From an uncultured Clostridia bacterium (lineage in GTDB: Bacteria; Bacillota; Clostridia; Christensenellales; UBA1242), in assembly GCA_944372355.1 (NCBI GenBank), contig CALVYS010000005.1, positions 1 through 45,376 of the forward strand: a DNA stretch of 45,376 nucleotides. Direction: 5' to 3'. This document shows, piece after piece, positions 8,537 through 17,361 of the stretch (position 1 is its first letter; every line of letters begins with the position of its first letter). A program made the position numbers and the translations under genes. The notes beneath the pieces are model-generated. The model had not been told where the DNA came from, made no database searches, and saw only the letters and a list, made by a program, of their open reading frames with translations.

Positions 8537-9259
8537 GTGAGTGAAGAAAACTGGTCGTTTTGGAAAAAGATTTTAAGGTCACTGCTCGTGCTTTTTGTGC
8601 TGGCAGCTTTTTTAACGTTGGTCTATTTTATCCTGGTCTGGACAAATCTGTGGGAAAAATTCAACTCGGTGGAAAAGCTGCGAGTTTTCATCTTGGACCT
8701 GGGCTTTTGGGGCAGGATAACGTTTGTGTTTTTGCAATTTTTGCAAGTGACTTTTGTGCCAATCCCTTCCACGATTTTGACGATAGCCGGTTCGATCATA
8801 TATGGCCCTTTGCAGGGAGGGTTGTTAAGCCTTTCAGGCATATTGCTTGGCAGCGTGCTTGCGTTCACTCTTGGCAGAGCATTTGGCAGAAAGCTTGTCA
8901 CTTTTATGGTTGGAAAAGAAACCTGTGAAAAATGGGTGAAGTTTCTGTCCAAAGCGCGCTACACCTTCTTTTTTATGATGCTGCTTCCAATGTTTCCAGA
9001 TGACATTTTGTGCCTGGTGGCAGGCGTCACCAGCATGAGCTGGGCATTTTTTGTGACAACAAATCTTGTTACAAGGCCGATAGGCATCTTCATCACCAGC
9101 TATCTTGGCAGTGGCGAAATAATCCCATATCATGGTTGGGGCCTCGTGGTTTGGGCGATTATTTTGGTTGCTGCCATCGTGCTTATGTGGCTTGTGACCA
9201 AATATGACAAACAAATCGAGCAGTTTTTTTTGAAATTATTTAAGAAAAAGAAATCTTGA
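8537..9259 (+). CDS. TVP38/TMEM64 (DedA/VTT domain) membrane protein
   Basis: LQVTFVPIPS, AG..IYGP..G, LLPMFPDDILCLVAG motifs and several TM helices. Confidence 0.9.
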   Translation: MSEENWSFWKKILRSLLVLFVLAAFLTLVYFILVWTNLWEKFNSVEKLRVFILDLGFWGRITFVFLQFLQVTFVPIPSTILTIAGSIIYGPLQGGLLSLSGILLGSVLAFTLGRAFGRKLVTFMVGKETCEKWVKFLSKARYTFFFMMLLPMFPDDILCLVAGVTSMSWAFFVTTNLVTRPIGIFITSYLGSGEIIPYHGWGLVVWAIILVAAIVLMWLVTKYDKQIEQFFLKLFKKKKS

Positions 9260-9266
9260 TAATCGT

Positions 9267-9296
9267 TTGACTAATTTTGTAACATTTTGGTAAAAT
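9267..9296 (+). promoter_or_regulatory. SigA-like promoter, leaderless geometry
   Basis: TTGACT-N18-TAAAAT, then 6 nt to GTG 9303. Confidence 0.65.
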
Positions 9297-9302
9297 AGAA
9301 CT

Positions 9303-11928
9303 GTGAAAAGGAAAACACAAACTTTTAAATTGTTTTTTGGTATGTTATTTGCATGTTGTGGGGCAGTGGCAGGGGGCGTTTTGTTCCCTCGGGGGGGGGG
9401 GCAATTTAGCGATTTACAATGCCGAGCCCACAGTCACCGAAAGAAATCAACTTGCAATCGACCTTGCAAATCAAGCGGTTTCTGATGTTGAATCGCAACT
9501 TGAAGAGCAAGCTTTAATATATCAGGAAGATGTGGCATTGAGGGTCTCGCTCAGCGAGGCTTATTCTTCCGACCTTGCGACATGGTGCACGGAAGGTGGT
9601 GTCGCACCATTAAACAGTGATTCCGACATTTCCGGGCAAGGCCTGCAAAACGACCCTTACTTAATCAAAACGGTGAGGGGTTGGGTTTGGTTTGTTTGTA
9701 AATCCACACACATCGTTGAAAGTCAGAGTTATGTTTATGCAAAGCTTGCGGCAGACTTGGATTTTGATGGCTATGTTTACGATTTGATCACAACCAATTT
9801 TCGCGGATTCTATGGCTCTCTTGATGGAGATGGCTTTGCATTAAAAAATCTTGCGATATCTTGTCCAGGCTTGTTTATGGGCCTTGGGAGTTTGTTGGAT
9901 TTGCAAACAATGGAATTGGCTTTGTATGAACAGCGCACCACTGAAATTTTAAATTTAAATGTAGAAACCATAATTTGTGAATATACAGGCACGCAGGACA
10001 CAGACATTCCTCCATTTGTTTTTGGTATGACAGCCTACAACACAAATTTTGAAAATGTTGAGGTCAAAACTTTTGCTCTTGGCGGGTTTAACGCTGTTGC
10101 AGGTTACACATTTGGTGGAATCAATGTTCAAAATTGCAATTTTGATATGAGTGCAGGCGGATCTTCCAGCCAATCGGTTTTGACAAGCGCATTTATGTAT
10201 GCACTAAGCGGCGAGGGGGTTTCGGCGTTTATGGGGTTGAATGTGACGCCGTTAAAAGACTTTACAAATTTTGAAAACTGCACTGTGAATGTGAGCAGCA
10301 TTTCAAAAAGCAGCATCGGCGACACGGCGTTTGGCTGTTTTGTTGGTGTTTTATGCGGAGGCTCGGCCGACCTTACAAATTGCACCACGCAAGGGCTTCA
10401 TTACGCTTTTGGCGGAATGGGCGGAGCTGGTTTTATTGGGAATGTGATTGACAGCAAAGTTAAGATTGCAAATTGTAAAAATTTTGCAACCATCGTCTCC
10501 TCGCGAAATCTGTCTGGGTTTGTGGCAAGCTTTCAGGTTGGACAACTTTCCACAGTGGGATCTCTTCTCGTGCAAAATTGCAAAAACTATGGTGATTTGT
10601 ATTGCATAGGTTCATCTGCTGAAAACATGGCAGCAGGTGGAATTGTGGGAAGGGTGGATCAAGAAAATGGTTCAGAAAGCCTTGTCACTGTTTCAAATTG
10701 CCAAAACTTTGGCTCAATTTATTCTGGTAATTGCCAGGGCGGCATAATTGGCAGACTTGCAGGCTCCGCCACGATATCTGACAGCGAAAATTATGGAGAT
10801 TTGAAGTTCGTGCTTGTAGAAATTAATCAGGCGGGCATATTGGAAATGGCAATGTTTGGGGCGGCAGCTGGCATTGTGACATCACCATTTTGGTCAAGTG
10901 CAACCACGTTTGTGCTCAACATAGAAAATTGCAACAATTTTGGAAATATAGAAACCAATCCAAGAACTTACGACTATGTTTACGAAACTTCAAACGGACA
11001 ATACCGCCATAGTGAAGGCACCGTTGCCGCAGGAATTTATGCTGGCACAAGCTCATATTTTGGACATGGCACTGGCACTGGTACAAATCCGTCAGGCATC
11101 GACGTTGTCAACATCACAGACAGCAAAAATTTTGGAGATATCAGCGCAAGTTGCAATTTTGTGGCGGGAATAATGTTTGAGTATGGCTATCAATGCACCG
11201 CACGTCTGCTTGAAAATTGTGGAAGTTTTGGCGACATTTTTGTCATCAGCAACAACAGTTATGTCAGCCCACTTGTCTTAACTCAGATGCTAGCACTTGG
11301 GAATGTTATCATTTCAAACTGTTATGTGGAAGCAAGTGCCATTTTGCAAGAACAGCAAGATTCAGATGGAGATATTGTCTCATCAGATAGTTCGTTGGTT
11401 GGCGCGCTCTTGCTCAATCCGCTGGCCGGTGGAATGAGAAACCTGGAAATTTCAAATGTGCAAATTTCTTTTTCTATCAACCTAGAAAATTTGACCGCGT
11501 TGTCAGCCGATGCAAATGTTTTGAACAATTCAGTAGGAGCCTCCACGCCAATTGATTTTGGCTATGTCGAGGGGCAAACTGTTGGGTCAGTGAGCAATGT
11601 TTTGGTGGATTTGAATTACATCTTTCCGGACTATTTTCAACCAGAAGAGAAAAACTATTCCAGGGAATGGACCGACATTTCAATAGGTCAAAGCATCTTG
11701 ATTGATGTGGAGTTTTGCAAAAATCAAACGCGTGAAGATGTTTGCAAAAACTATGTTCACACAAACGATCAGACCCAGCCTTTTTCAACAAGCGATTGGT
11801 TTTTTGATGAGAAACTCAACAATGGCATGCCAATGCTGAGAAGTTTCTATTTTCTTGCAAACAATCTGACCGATCAGCAAGACGTGCTTGCACGGCTTTT
11901 AGAACTAGGTTTCACACCACAAGCCTAG
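9303..11928 (+). CDS. Secreted GLUG/ZmpC-like beta-helical surface protein, frameshifted at a G11 tract (874 aa if G10)
   Basis: The signal peptide MKRKTQTFKLFFGMLFACCGAVAGGVLFPR is in the 9303 frame and the body is in the +1 frame. The body has GQG...DPYLIKT, KLAADLDF, FYGSLDGDGF.LKNL, repeated NC.N(Y/F)G and GGIVG, and C-terminal W..DEKLNNGMPML. Confidence 0.8.
9391..9401 (+). repeat. Poly-G homopolymer (G11)
   Basis: TTCCCTC-GGGGGGGGGGG-CAATTTAGC, located at the frame junction. Confidence 0.95.
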
Positions 11929-12086
11929 TTTTTGGTTATGGAAAGGATCACGCCTTCCTTGATTGCGCTTGGGGTGATGTAGTTTTCCACTAAAATTTGA
12001 GTTGGATTGACATCAAACTTTTTGGCGATGGAGTTGAGGCTGTCGCCTTTTTTTACAACATAAAACGGAACATAATTTTTTTGCAT
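11925..12086 (-). CDS. Small single-LysM-domain protein (53 aa, below the ORF-track cutoff)
   Basis: MQKNYVPFYVVKKGDSLNSIAKKFDVNPTQILVENYITPSAIKEGVILSITKN. YVVKKGDSL..IAKKF is the LysM signature. GAGGTG RBS 4 nt upstream. Confidence 0.9.
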   Translation of the reverse strand: MQKNYVPFYVVKKGDSLNSIAKKFDVNPTQILVENYITPSAIKEGVILSITKN

Positions 12087-12106
12087 TTTTCACCTCTTTT
12101 GTCTTT

Positions 12107-12139
12107 ATTGTATTATTTGGAAAAGCTTTTTAATACATT
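12107..12139. promoter_or_regulatory. Putative divergent SigE-like promoters (spoVB and lysM)
   Basis: TGTATTA-N15-TAATACA inverted repeat. It gives AATACATT on + and AATACAAT on -, both resembling the SigE -10 cATAcanT. Confidence 0.45.
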
Positions 12140-12153
12140 AAAGTGGAGGAAAA

Positions 12154-13686
12154 ATGAAGTCTCTTGTCAAAACAGTTGTGCTTATTACTGGGTTTTCTGT
12201 GCTCACCAGAGTGGCGGGCTTTTTGTTTCGAATCTATCTTTCACGTGCAATAGGGGCGGAGGCTCTGGGACTTTATCAAGTGGCTTTTTCGGTTTTTACA
12301 GTGCTCATGACAATCATCAGCAGTGGACTGCCTTTTATCATATCTCGAATGAGCGCGTCTTATCGAATCGGTGGAGACAAAAAGCGCTCTGGCAAGCTTG
12401 TCAGCTCTGCATTGATTTTGGGGTTGGTGATAAGCTTGACAATTTGCGGTTTGGTTTTGCTTATGCGCAATGTTTTTGCCGGATTGTTCACCGATGAGGC
12501 CTGCATTTTGATTTTGATAGCACTGTTGCCAGCACTCGTCTTTTCAGCAGTTTACAGCGTTTTTCGTGGTGCGCTTTGGGGTCAGGACAACTATTTTGCC
12601 CTGTGCGTCAGCGAATTTTTTGAGCAAGTGGTGCGAATTTTTGTTTGTATCTTGCTGATTGCCCCGGCTGCAAGCGTCATCACAAAAGCGGTTGATGTGG
12701 CCTGGTCGCTGACAATAGCGTGTGGCCTTTCGGCTCTGTTCGTCGTTTTGCTGTATTTCATCTATGGCGGAAAAATGTCAAAGCCTGGGAGGGAATACAA
12801 GGAGCTTATTCGAAGGTCGGCACCAATCACAGGGGTCAGGGTGGCGGGCAGCCTTGCTCAACCTTTGATTGCACTCATCATTCCATTGCGTTTGACCGCG
12901 ATCGGCTATTCATCTTCGCAGGCGATGAGTTTGTTCGGCGTGGCGGTTGGAATGACGATGCCTCTTCTGTTTGTGCCAACAACCCTGATTGGTTCGCTTT
13001 CCACCGCTCTGGTTCCTGACATTTCCATGGCGGTTGCAAAAGATGATGCCGCGCACATAGCTTCGCGCGTTCGATCCTCGGTGGTTTTTACCCTTTTTGT
13101 TTCGGCCATGGTGGTGCCACTTTTTGCTGGCGCAGGTGAAATGATCGGTGAATTTTTGTTCGGAAACACTTTGAGTGGGGTGATTTTGGCCTCATCTGCT
13201 TGGATAATGATTCCAATGGGGATCACGAACATCACTTCATCTCTTCTCAACTCGTTGGGATATGAAATTCGCTCGTGTGTGAACTATTTTGTTGGAGCGA
13301 TTGTGATGTTTGTTGCCATGTGGTTTCTTCCAACCCTTTGCGGAATCAATGCACTATTTTGGGGAATGGGGCTTTGCATGTGCACAACGGCAGTGTTAAA
13401 CTTTTTTATGTTAAAGCGCAAAACCAAGGTGAAGTTGAAAATTTTGAAGCCGCTTTTGATTTTGATTGCAATCACGCTTCCTTGCGCAGCAATCACCTCG
13501 TTTGTTGGTGAGCTGTGTGCGATGATCTTGCCACAATTTTTGTCAATCATCATCTCTTGTGGAGTGGGAGGATTGTTCTATCTCTTGCTTTGCATGATTT
13601 TCAATGTGGTGGACGTGAAAGGCTATTTTGTGCAGGTTGCAAGCAAATTAAAGTTTAAAAAGAAAGAAAAAGTCGCAAAAGTTTGA
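12154..13686 (+). CDS. spoVB: SpoVB / MurJ-family (MOP superfamily) flippase
   Basis: TRVAGFLFRIYLSRAIGAEALGLYQ, SSGLP, EQVVRI, GMTMPLLFVP and STALVPDIS motifs; many TM helices; GGAGG RBS. Confidence 0.8.
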   Translation: MKSLVKTVVLITGFSVLTRVAGFLFRIYLSRAIGAEALGLYQVAFSVFTVLMTIISSGLPFIISRMSASYRIGGDKKRSGKLVSSALILGLVISLTICGLVLLMRNVFAGLFTDEACILILIALLPALVFSAVYSVFRGALWGQDNYFALCVSEFFEQVVRIFVCILLIAPAASVITKAVDVAWSLTIACGLSALFVVLLYFIYGGKMSKPGREYKELIRRSAPITGVRVAGSLAQPLIALIIPLRLTAIGYSSSQAMSLFGVAVGMTMPLLFVPTTLIGSLSTALVPDISMAVAKDDAAHIASRVRSSVVFTLFVSAMVVPLFAGAGEMIGEFLFGNTLSGVILASSAWIMIPMGITNITSSLLNSLGYEIRSCVNYFVGAIVMFVAMWFLPTLCGINALFWGMGLCMCTTAVLNFFMLKRKTKVKLKILKPLLILIAITLPCAAITSFVGELCAMILPQFLSIIISCGVGGLFYLLLCMIFNVVDVKGYFVQVASKLKFKKKEKVAKV

Positions 13687-13712
13687 TAAGAATTCAATTT
13701 TTAAGCATACTA
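13684..13712 (+). promoter_or_regulatory. SigG-like promoter for the DUF421 operon
   Basis: TGATA-N17-CATACTA, then 5 nt to ATG 13718. YetF/DUF421 genes are forespore-expressed in Bacillus. Confidence 0.5.
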
Positions 13713-13717
13713 ACGCC

Positions 13718-14434
13718 ATGTTGACGATAGTTTTGCGAGCGATAATCATTTATTTGGTGGTGCTTTTTGTGTTCAGAGTCATGGGCAAGCGTCAGCTTGG
13801 TCAAATGCAGCCTTTCGAACTTGTCCTAACTTTGATTATTGCGGACCTGGCCACAATTCCGATGGCAGAAATAGGCGTGCCAGTTTTGCATGGCATAATC
13901 CCGCTGCTCACACTCGTCATATTGCATTTTTTGCTTACATTGCTTTCCAGGCTCAGCACAAAATTTTCTATGATAATCAGCGGCAAACCGGTGATTGTGA
14001 TCAATCCAAAAGGCATTGATTACAAAGCGCTGAAAAAACTCAACATCACCATCGATGATGTTTTTGAAGCTATGCGTGGGCTTGGATATTTTTCCCTCGA
14101 TCAAGTTGAATATGCAATCATGGAAACCAATGGCAAGCTCAGTGTTATGCCAAAAGCTGAGGCCGCCCCAGCAACCAATGGAGCGCTAAAAATCAAAACC
14201 GAACCGGCTGCGATCCCTGTCACCATTGTCAGCGAGGGCAAGCTGATGAAGGACAATCTCGTATTTGCCAAGGTGGACGAGGAGTTTATTCAAAATTTTT
14301 TAAAAGAAAAATTGGGCGACAAGGCAAAGATAAAGAATGTGCTTGTCATGACCATCGACAAAAATGGATTGGTTTATCTTCAAATGAAAAATGGCTCAAA
14401 GCAGGTTTTTGAAAATGTGAGGGAAGCGGCATGA
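13718..14434 (+). CDS. DUF421 (YetF family) membrane protein
   Basis: RVMGKRQLGQMQPFELV, GKPVIVI and YAIMETNGKLSV.PK motifs. Confidence 0.92.
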   Translation: MLTIVLRAIIIYLVVLFVFRVMGKRQLGQMQPFELVLTLIIADLATIPMAEIGVPVLHGIIPLLTLVILHFLLTLLSRLSTKFSMIISGKPVIVINPKGIDYKALKKLNITIDDVFEAMRGLGYFSLDQVEYAIMETNGKLSVMPKAEAAPATNGALKIKTEPAAIPVTIVSEGKLMKDNLVFAKVDEEFIQNFLKEKLGDKAKIKNVLVMTIDKNGLVYLQMKNGSKQVFENVREAA

Positions 14435-14826
14435 AAATATTTTCAAAGGTCTGTTTGGTTTTGATTTTTCTGTTTTTGGTGGCGATGTGCATAGTTGAGG
14501 ATTATGTCGCATCAACAGCTCTTGCAACTGTGGAAGATGATTGTTTAAGGCTAGAGGAGATGACTGCAAATCTTGACAACATTGTGACGATGGAAGTCGC
14601 ACTCGCTGTTGACACTTTGGAATATAACTGGACTGGGAACGAAAGCAAGCTTTGCTATCTTGTAAATCACAAAAGCATTCAAGAAATAGGCATGGAAATT
14701 GCAAAGCTCAAAGTCTATCAACAAGAAAATGACGTCAAAGAGTTTAGAGCCTCGCTTGAAGCCGTCAAGTTTTACTCGCACAGTTATCTGCACTTTATGG
14801 GTGCAAGTTTGCACAACGTTATTTAA
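14431..14826 (+). CDS. DUF4363-like protein
   Basis: ATGA overlap with the DUF421 gene (a common pairing), N-terminal TM helix, W......L..LVNH.SI..I and C-terminal SL.NVI. Confidence 0.75.
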   Translation: MKIFSKVCLVLIFLFLVAMCIVEDYVASTALATVEDDCLRLEEMTANLDNIVTMEVALAVDTLEYNWTGNESKLCYLVNHKSIQEIGMEIAKLKVYQQENDVKEFRASLEAVKFYSHSYLHFMGASLHNVI

Positions 14827-14853
14827 AAAAAGCACCATTCGGTGCTTTTAATT
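14825..14853. terminator. Bidirectional terminator
   Basis: AAAAAAAGCACC-ATTC-GGTGCTTTT between convergent genes. Confidence 0.8.
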
Positions 14854-15963
14854 TTAATAAACTTTTTCCTTTTTGATTGAAACAACAATCACAACTGCAA
14901 CCACAATCGCTGCAACCACAGCAGCGGCCACAACAATCCAGATGATGGTTTGAGGTGACATTCCACTTTCTGTCGAAATGGCATCGCTCATCACGGTGTA
15001 AATCGGCGACGAACCTGCGGTTGGTGTTTGAGAGTAAATTCTGCAAGTTGCAATCCAGGTTCCCTCAACGCGAGTGTCAAAATTGAAGGTGTAGCCTGTT
15101 CTGTAATAAGATCCAGAAGCAAACAGGGCGTTGTCGGTTGCAGGATCCACAATGTCGTCTTCGGTCAGCACATATCGAAGCCCATCTCTTCCTGTTCCTT
15201 CAACGGACCAAACCAAAAGGCTGCGATCGACAAACCTATATTCTTCACTCAAACTAAACAGATATGCGCTTTGCATTCCAAGGCTGGAAGGTTGTTCCGC
15301 AACGGTGACTGTCGGCTCTGAAAGAGTGTTCACGTCGGTTGGCAAAACTTCAAAAACTGCGCTTGTGACCTCTGCTCCATTGCAAACAAAACTGAAAATG
15401 TAAAGGCCCCAGCCGCCATGGGTTTGATAAAGGTTGTCGTCGCTGACAAGCACTTGTGAGGCGCTGTAAGTGTTGCTTGCGTCCATGGTCAAATCATCGA
15501 TCGTCAGGTTGATAGCGCTGATAATTTGGCTTTTTTCAGTGGCTTGTGCAGAAAAAATGGTGCCGTTTACAGTGTGTGCAGTGTTGAAATCTGCGGTGCC
15601 CTCAGAAACCCTTGCAGGCGTCCAAGAAACGGTGTAGGAATAGTTGTAGGTTGAGGAATCTGGAAGGTTTGAAATGTTGAAGCCTATTGAAAAGTTGCGA
15701 AGCTCCGACCAGTTTGTAGTGTAATAATTGTAGTCCTGATAAGTGGTTCCGTTGTATTGAATGGAAGAAAGCGTTCCCTGAGGTGCCGACAGAGTTTCGC
15801 CATCATAGTTTTGGGCGCTGACGCTGATGTTTTCTGAGTAAGACAAAGAGCTTGCTGCATTCGCAGTCAAAATCGTTGAAGAAAAACTTGCTGCAAGCAT
15901 GGCAACAAGGCAAGCCCCTGCTATTAAAAAATAAGATTTGTTTAATGATTTTGCTTTTTTCAT
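14854..15963 (-). CDS. Hypothetical secreted protein with a C-terminal membrane anchor (369 aa)
   Basis: Start MKKAKS after GAGGTG, signal peptide ending about ANA/A, S/T/Y-rich beta body, then IIWIVVAAAVVAAIVVAVVIVVSI followed by KKEK. Confidence 0.8.
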   Translation of the reverse strand: MKKAKSLNKSYFLIAGACLVAMLAASFSSTILTANAASSLSYSENISVSAQNYDGETLSAPQGTLSSIQYNGTTYQDYNYYTTNWSELRNFSIGFNISNLPDSSTYNYSYTVSWTPARVSEGTADFNTAHTVNGTIFSAQATEKSQIISAINLTIDDLTMDASNTYSASQVLVSDDNLYQTHGGWGLYIFSFVCNGAEVTSAVFEVLPTDVNTLSEPTVTVAEQPSSLGMQSAYLFSLSEEYRFVDRSLLVWSVEGTGRDGLRYVLTEDDIVDPATDNALFASGSYYRTGYTFNFDTRVEGTWIATCRIYSQTPTAGSSPIYTVMSDAISTESGMSPQTIIWIVVAAAVVAAIVVAVVIVVSIKKEKVY

Positions 15964-16072
15964 TTCCACCTCTCTTTGTTTTTGACAATTCAGGTTAATA
16001 AATAATAGCATAAAAACAAAAAACTTAAAAATATTTTTGACACATTGTAAAAAAATGTTGCTAAAAATTCGT

Positions 16073-16102
16073 TTGACTTTTGCAGGGAATTGGCATTATA
16101 AT
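16073..16102 (+). promoter_or_regulatory. SigA-like promoter, leaderless geometry
   Basis: TTGACT-N18-TATAAT, then 6 nt to ATG 16109. Confidence 0.7.
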
Positions 16103-16108
16103 GAAACT

Positions 16109-16870
16109 ATGATTGAAGAACTAACTATTGAAGAAACCAAGATTGAAGAAGAGGAAAGCTCAATTCTTTCAAAGGCGATAGTCACGGCCAAAAGTTATGA
16201 TTGGGTGGAGGAAGAAAGCCTTGCAATCATTTTAAGGCGGCCGCTTGCAAATTTGCAACTTTGTGGCAAAAGTCAGTTGGATTGGGTGAAGCTCGCATGC
16301 GGAAAAATGCAAAAAGTTGTGCTTGACGAAGTTAAGGAAGAGGACTTTTTGCAGGCCTTGCGTCCGTATGCTGAAAGCAAAAAGTATATCATCGTGCTTT
16401 ACAGCGACACTCCGCTGCTGGAAAAACAAACCATAGCAGAGGCGTTGGATTATTTTGCGAGCAAAAACTTGAATGCCATGGTGCTTCCTCGCGGATATGT
16501 TTTTGCCGCAGATTATCTGCTTTCAACCGATGTAATCTTCTCTCCGGTTCGCAAGAGTTTTGCACCAGAGCAGTTTGTTTGCGTTTCAACTCCTGACCAA
16601 ATCAGTCGCGCTTTTGAAGTTTTGAGTCAGAGGATAAGAAACTATCACAAATCAAACGGTGTGGTTTTGCTTGGAGAGGCAAGCATTTATATCGACGCCG
16701 ATGTGGAAATTGGACCGGGCGTGATCATTGAGCCTTTCAATGTTTTGAAGGGCAACACACTAATTGAAGAGCAGTGCCATTTAAAAAGTGGTAATGTGAT
16801 CATAGACACGATTGTCAAAAAGGGCAGTATTGTTGCAGGCAAACGCCTTGTTGGGGGAAAGGAAGAATGA
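16109..16870 (+). CDS. Degenerate, truncated GlmU-like protein (253 aa)
   Basis: LCGKSQLDWV, VLYSDTPLL and H..NGV......IYIDADVEIG...IIEP..VLKGNT.I match GlmU. There is no LAAGxGxRM motif and most of the left-handed beta-helix is absent. It sits upstream of pth, as glmU usually does. Confidence 0.75.
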   Translation: MIEELTIEETKIEEEESSILSKAIVTAKSYDWVEEESLAIILRRPLANLQLCGKSQLDWVKLACGKMQKVVLDEVKEEDFLQALRPYAESKKYIIVLYSDTPLLEKQTIAEALDYFASKNLNAMVLPRGYVFAADYLLSTDVIFSPVRKSFAPEQFVCVSTPDQISRAFEVLSQRIRNYHKSNGVVLLGEASIYIDADVEIGPGVIIEPFNVLKGNTLIEEQCHLKSGNVIIDTIVKKGSIVAGKRLVGGKEE

Positions 16871-17361
16871 CAATTTTTATCGGGCTTGGAAATCCTGGCA
16901 AAGAATATCAAAACACCTATCACAATGTTGGATTTAAAGTGATTGACGAGCTTTCACGCCGCTTTGACATAAAACTTTCAAAAAAGGGTTGTAAAGCGGT
17001 TTATGGAGAGGGAAAAATTAACGGTAAAAAAATCATGCTTGTCAAACCTCAAACATATATGAACCTTTCTGGTGAGTGCGTTGTCATGCTGAAAAACAAG
17101 TTTAAGGATGCAAATTTGATTGTGATTGCCGATGACATCGACCTTGAAAAGGGCAAGCTGCGCTTTCGTTTGCATGGAAGCGGTGGAACTCACAATGGGC
17201 TGAGAAACATCGTGTCTTTTATTGGAGAGGATTTTGCTAGATTGCGTGTGGGAATCGGCAGGCCGCAAGGAGACTTAAAAGATTTTGTGCTTTCAAACAT
17301 GGAGCCGGATTTTGAAGAAATCATAATTGCCGCGGCCGATGACCTTGAAAAAAGGATCTGA
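16867..17361 (+). CDS. pth: Peptidyl-tRNA hydrolase
   Basis: IGLGNPG..Y..T.HNVGF, KPQTYMNLSG, DDIDL, GGTHNGLRNI and RLRVGIGRP motifs. Confidence 0.97.
   Translation: MTIFIGLGNPGKEYQNTYHNVGFKVIDELSRRFDIKLSKKGCKAVYGEGKINGKKIMLVKPQTYMNLSGECVVMLKNKFKDANLIVIADDIDLEKGKLRFRLHGSGGTHNGLRNIVSFIGEDFARLRVGIGRPQGDLKDFVLSNMEPDFEEIIIAAADDLEKRI

Noticed and set aside
9337-9390. Track start of the 863-aa ORF
   Set aside because: No RBS or convincing signal peptide. The real N-terminus lies in the 9303 frame, joined through the G tract.
11997-12497. 166-aa + strand ORF
   Set aside because: It is antisense to the LysM gene and out of frame with spoVB, so it is a shadow ORF.
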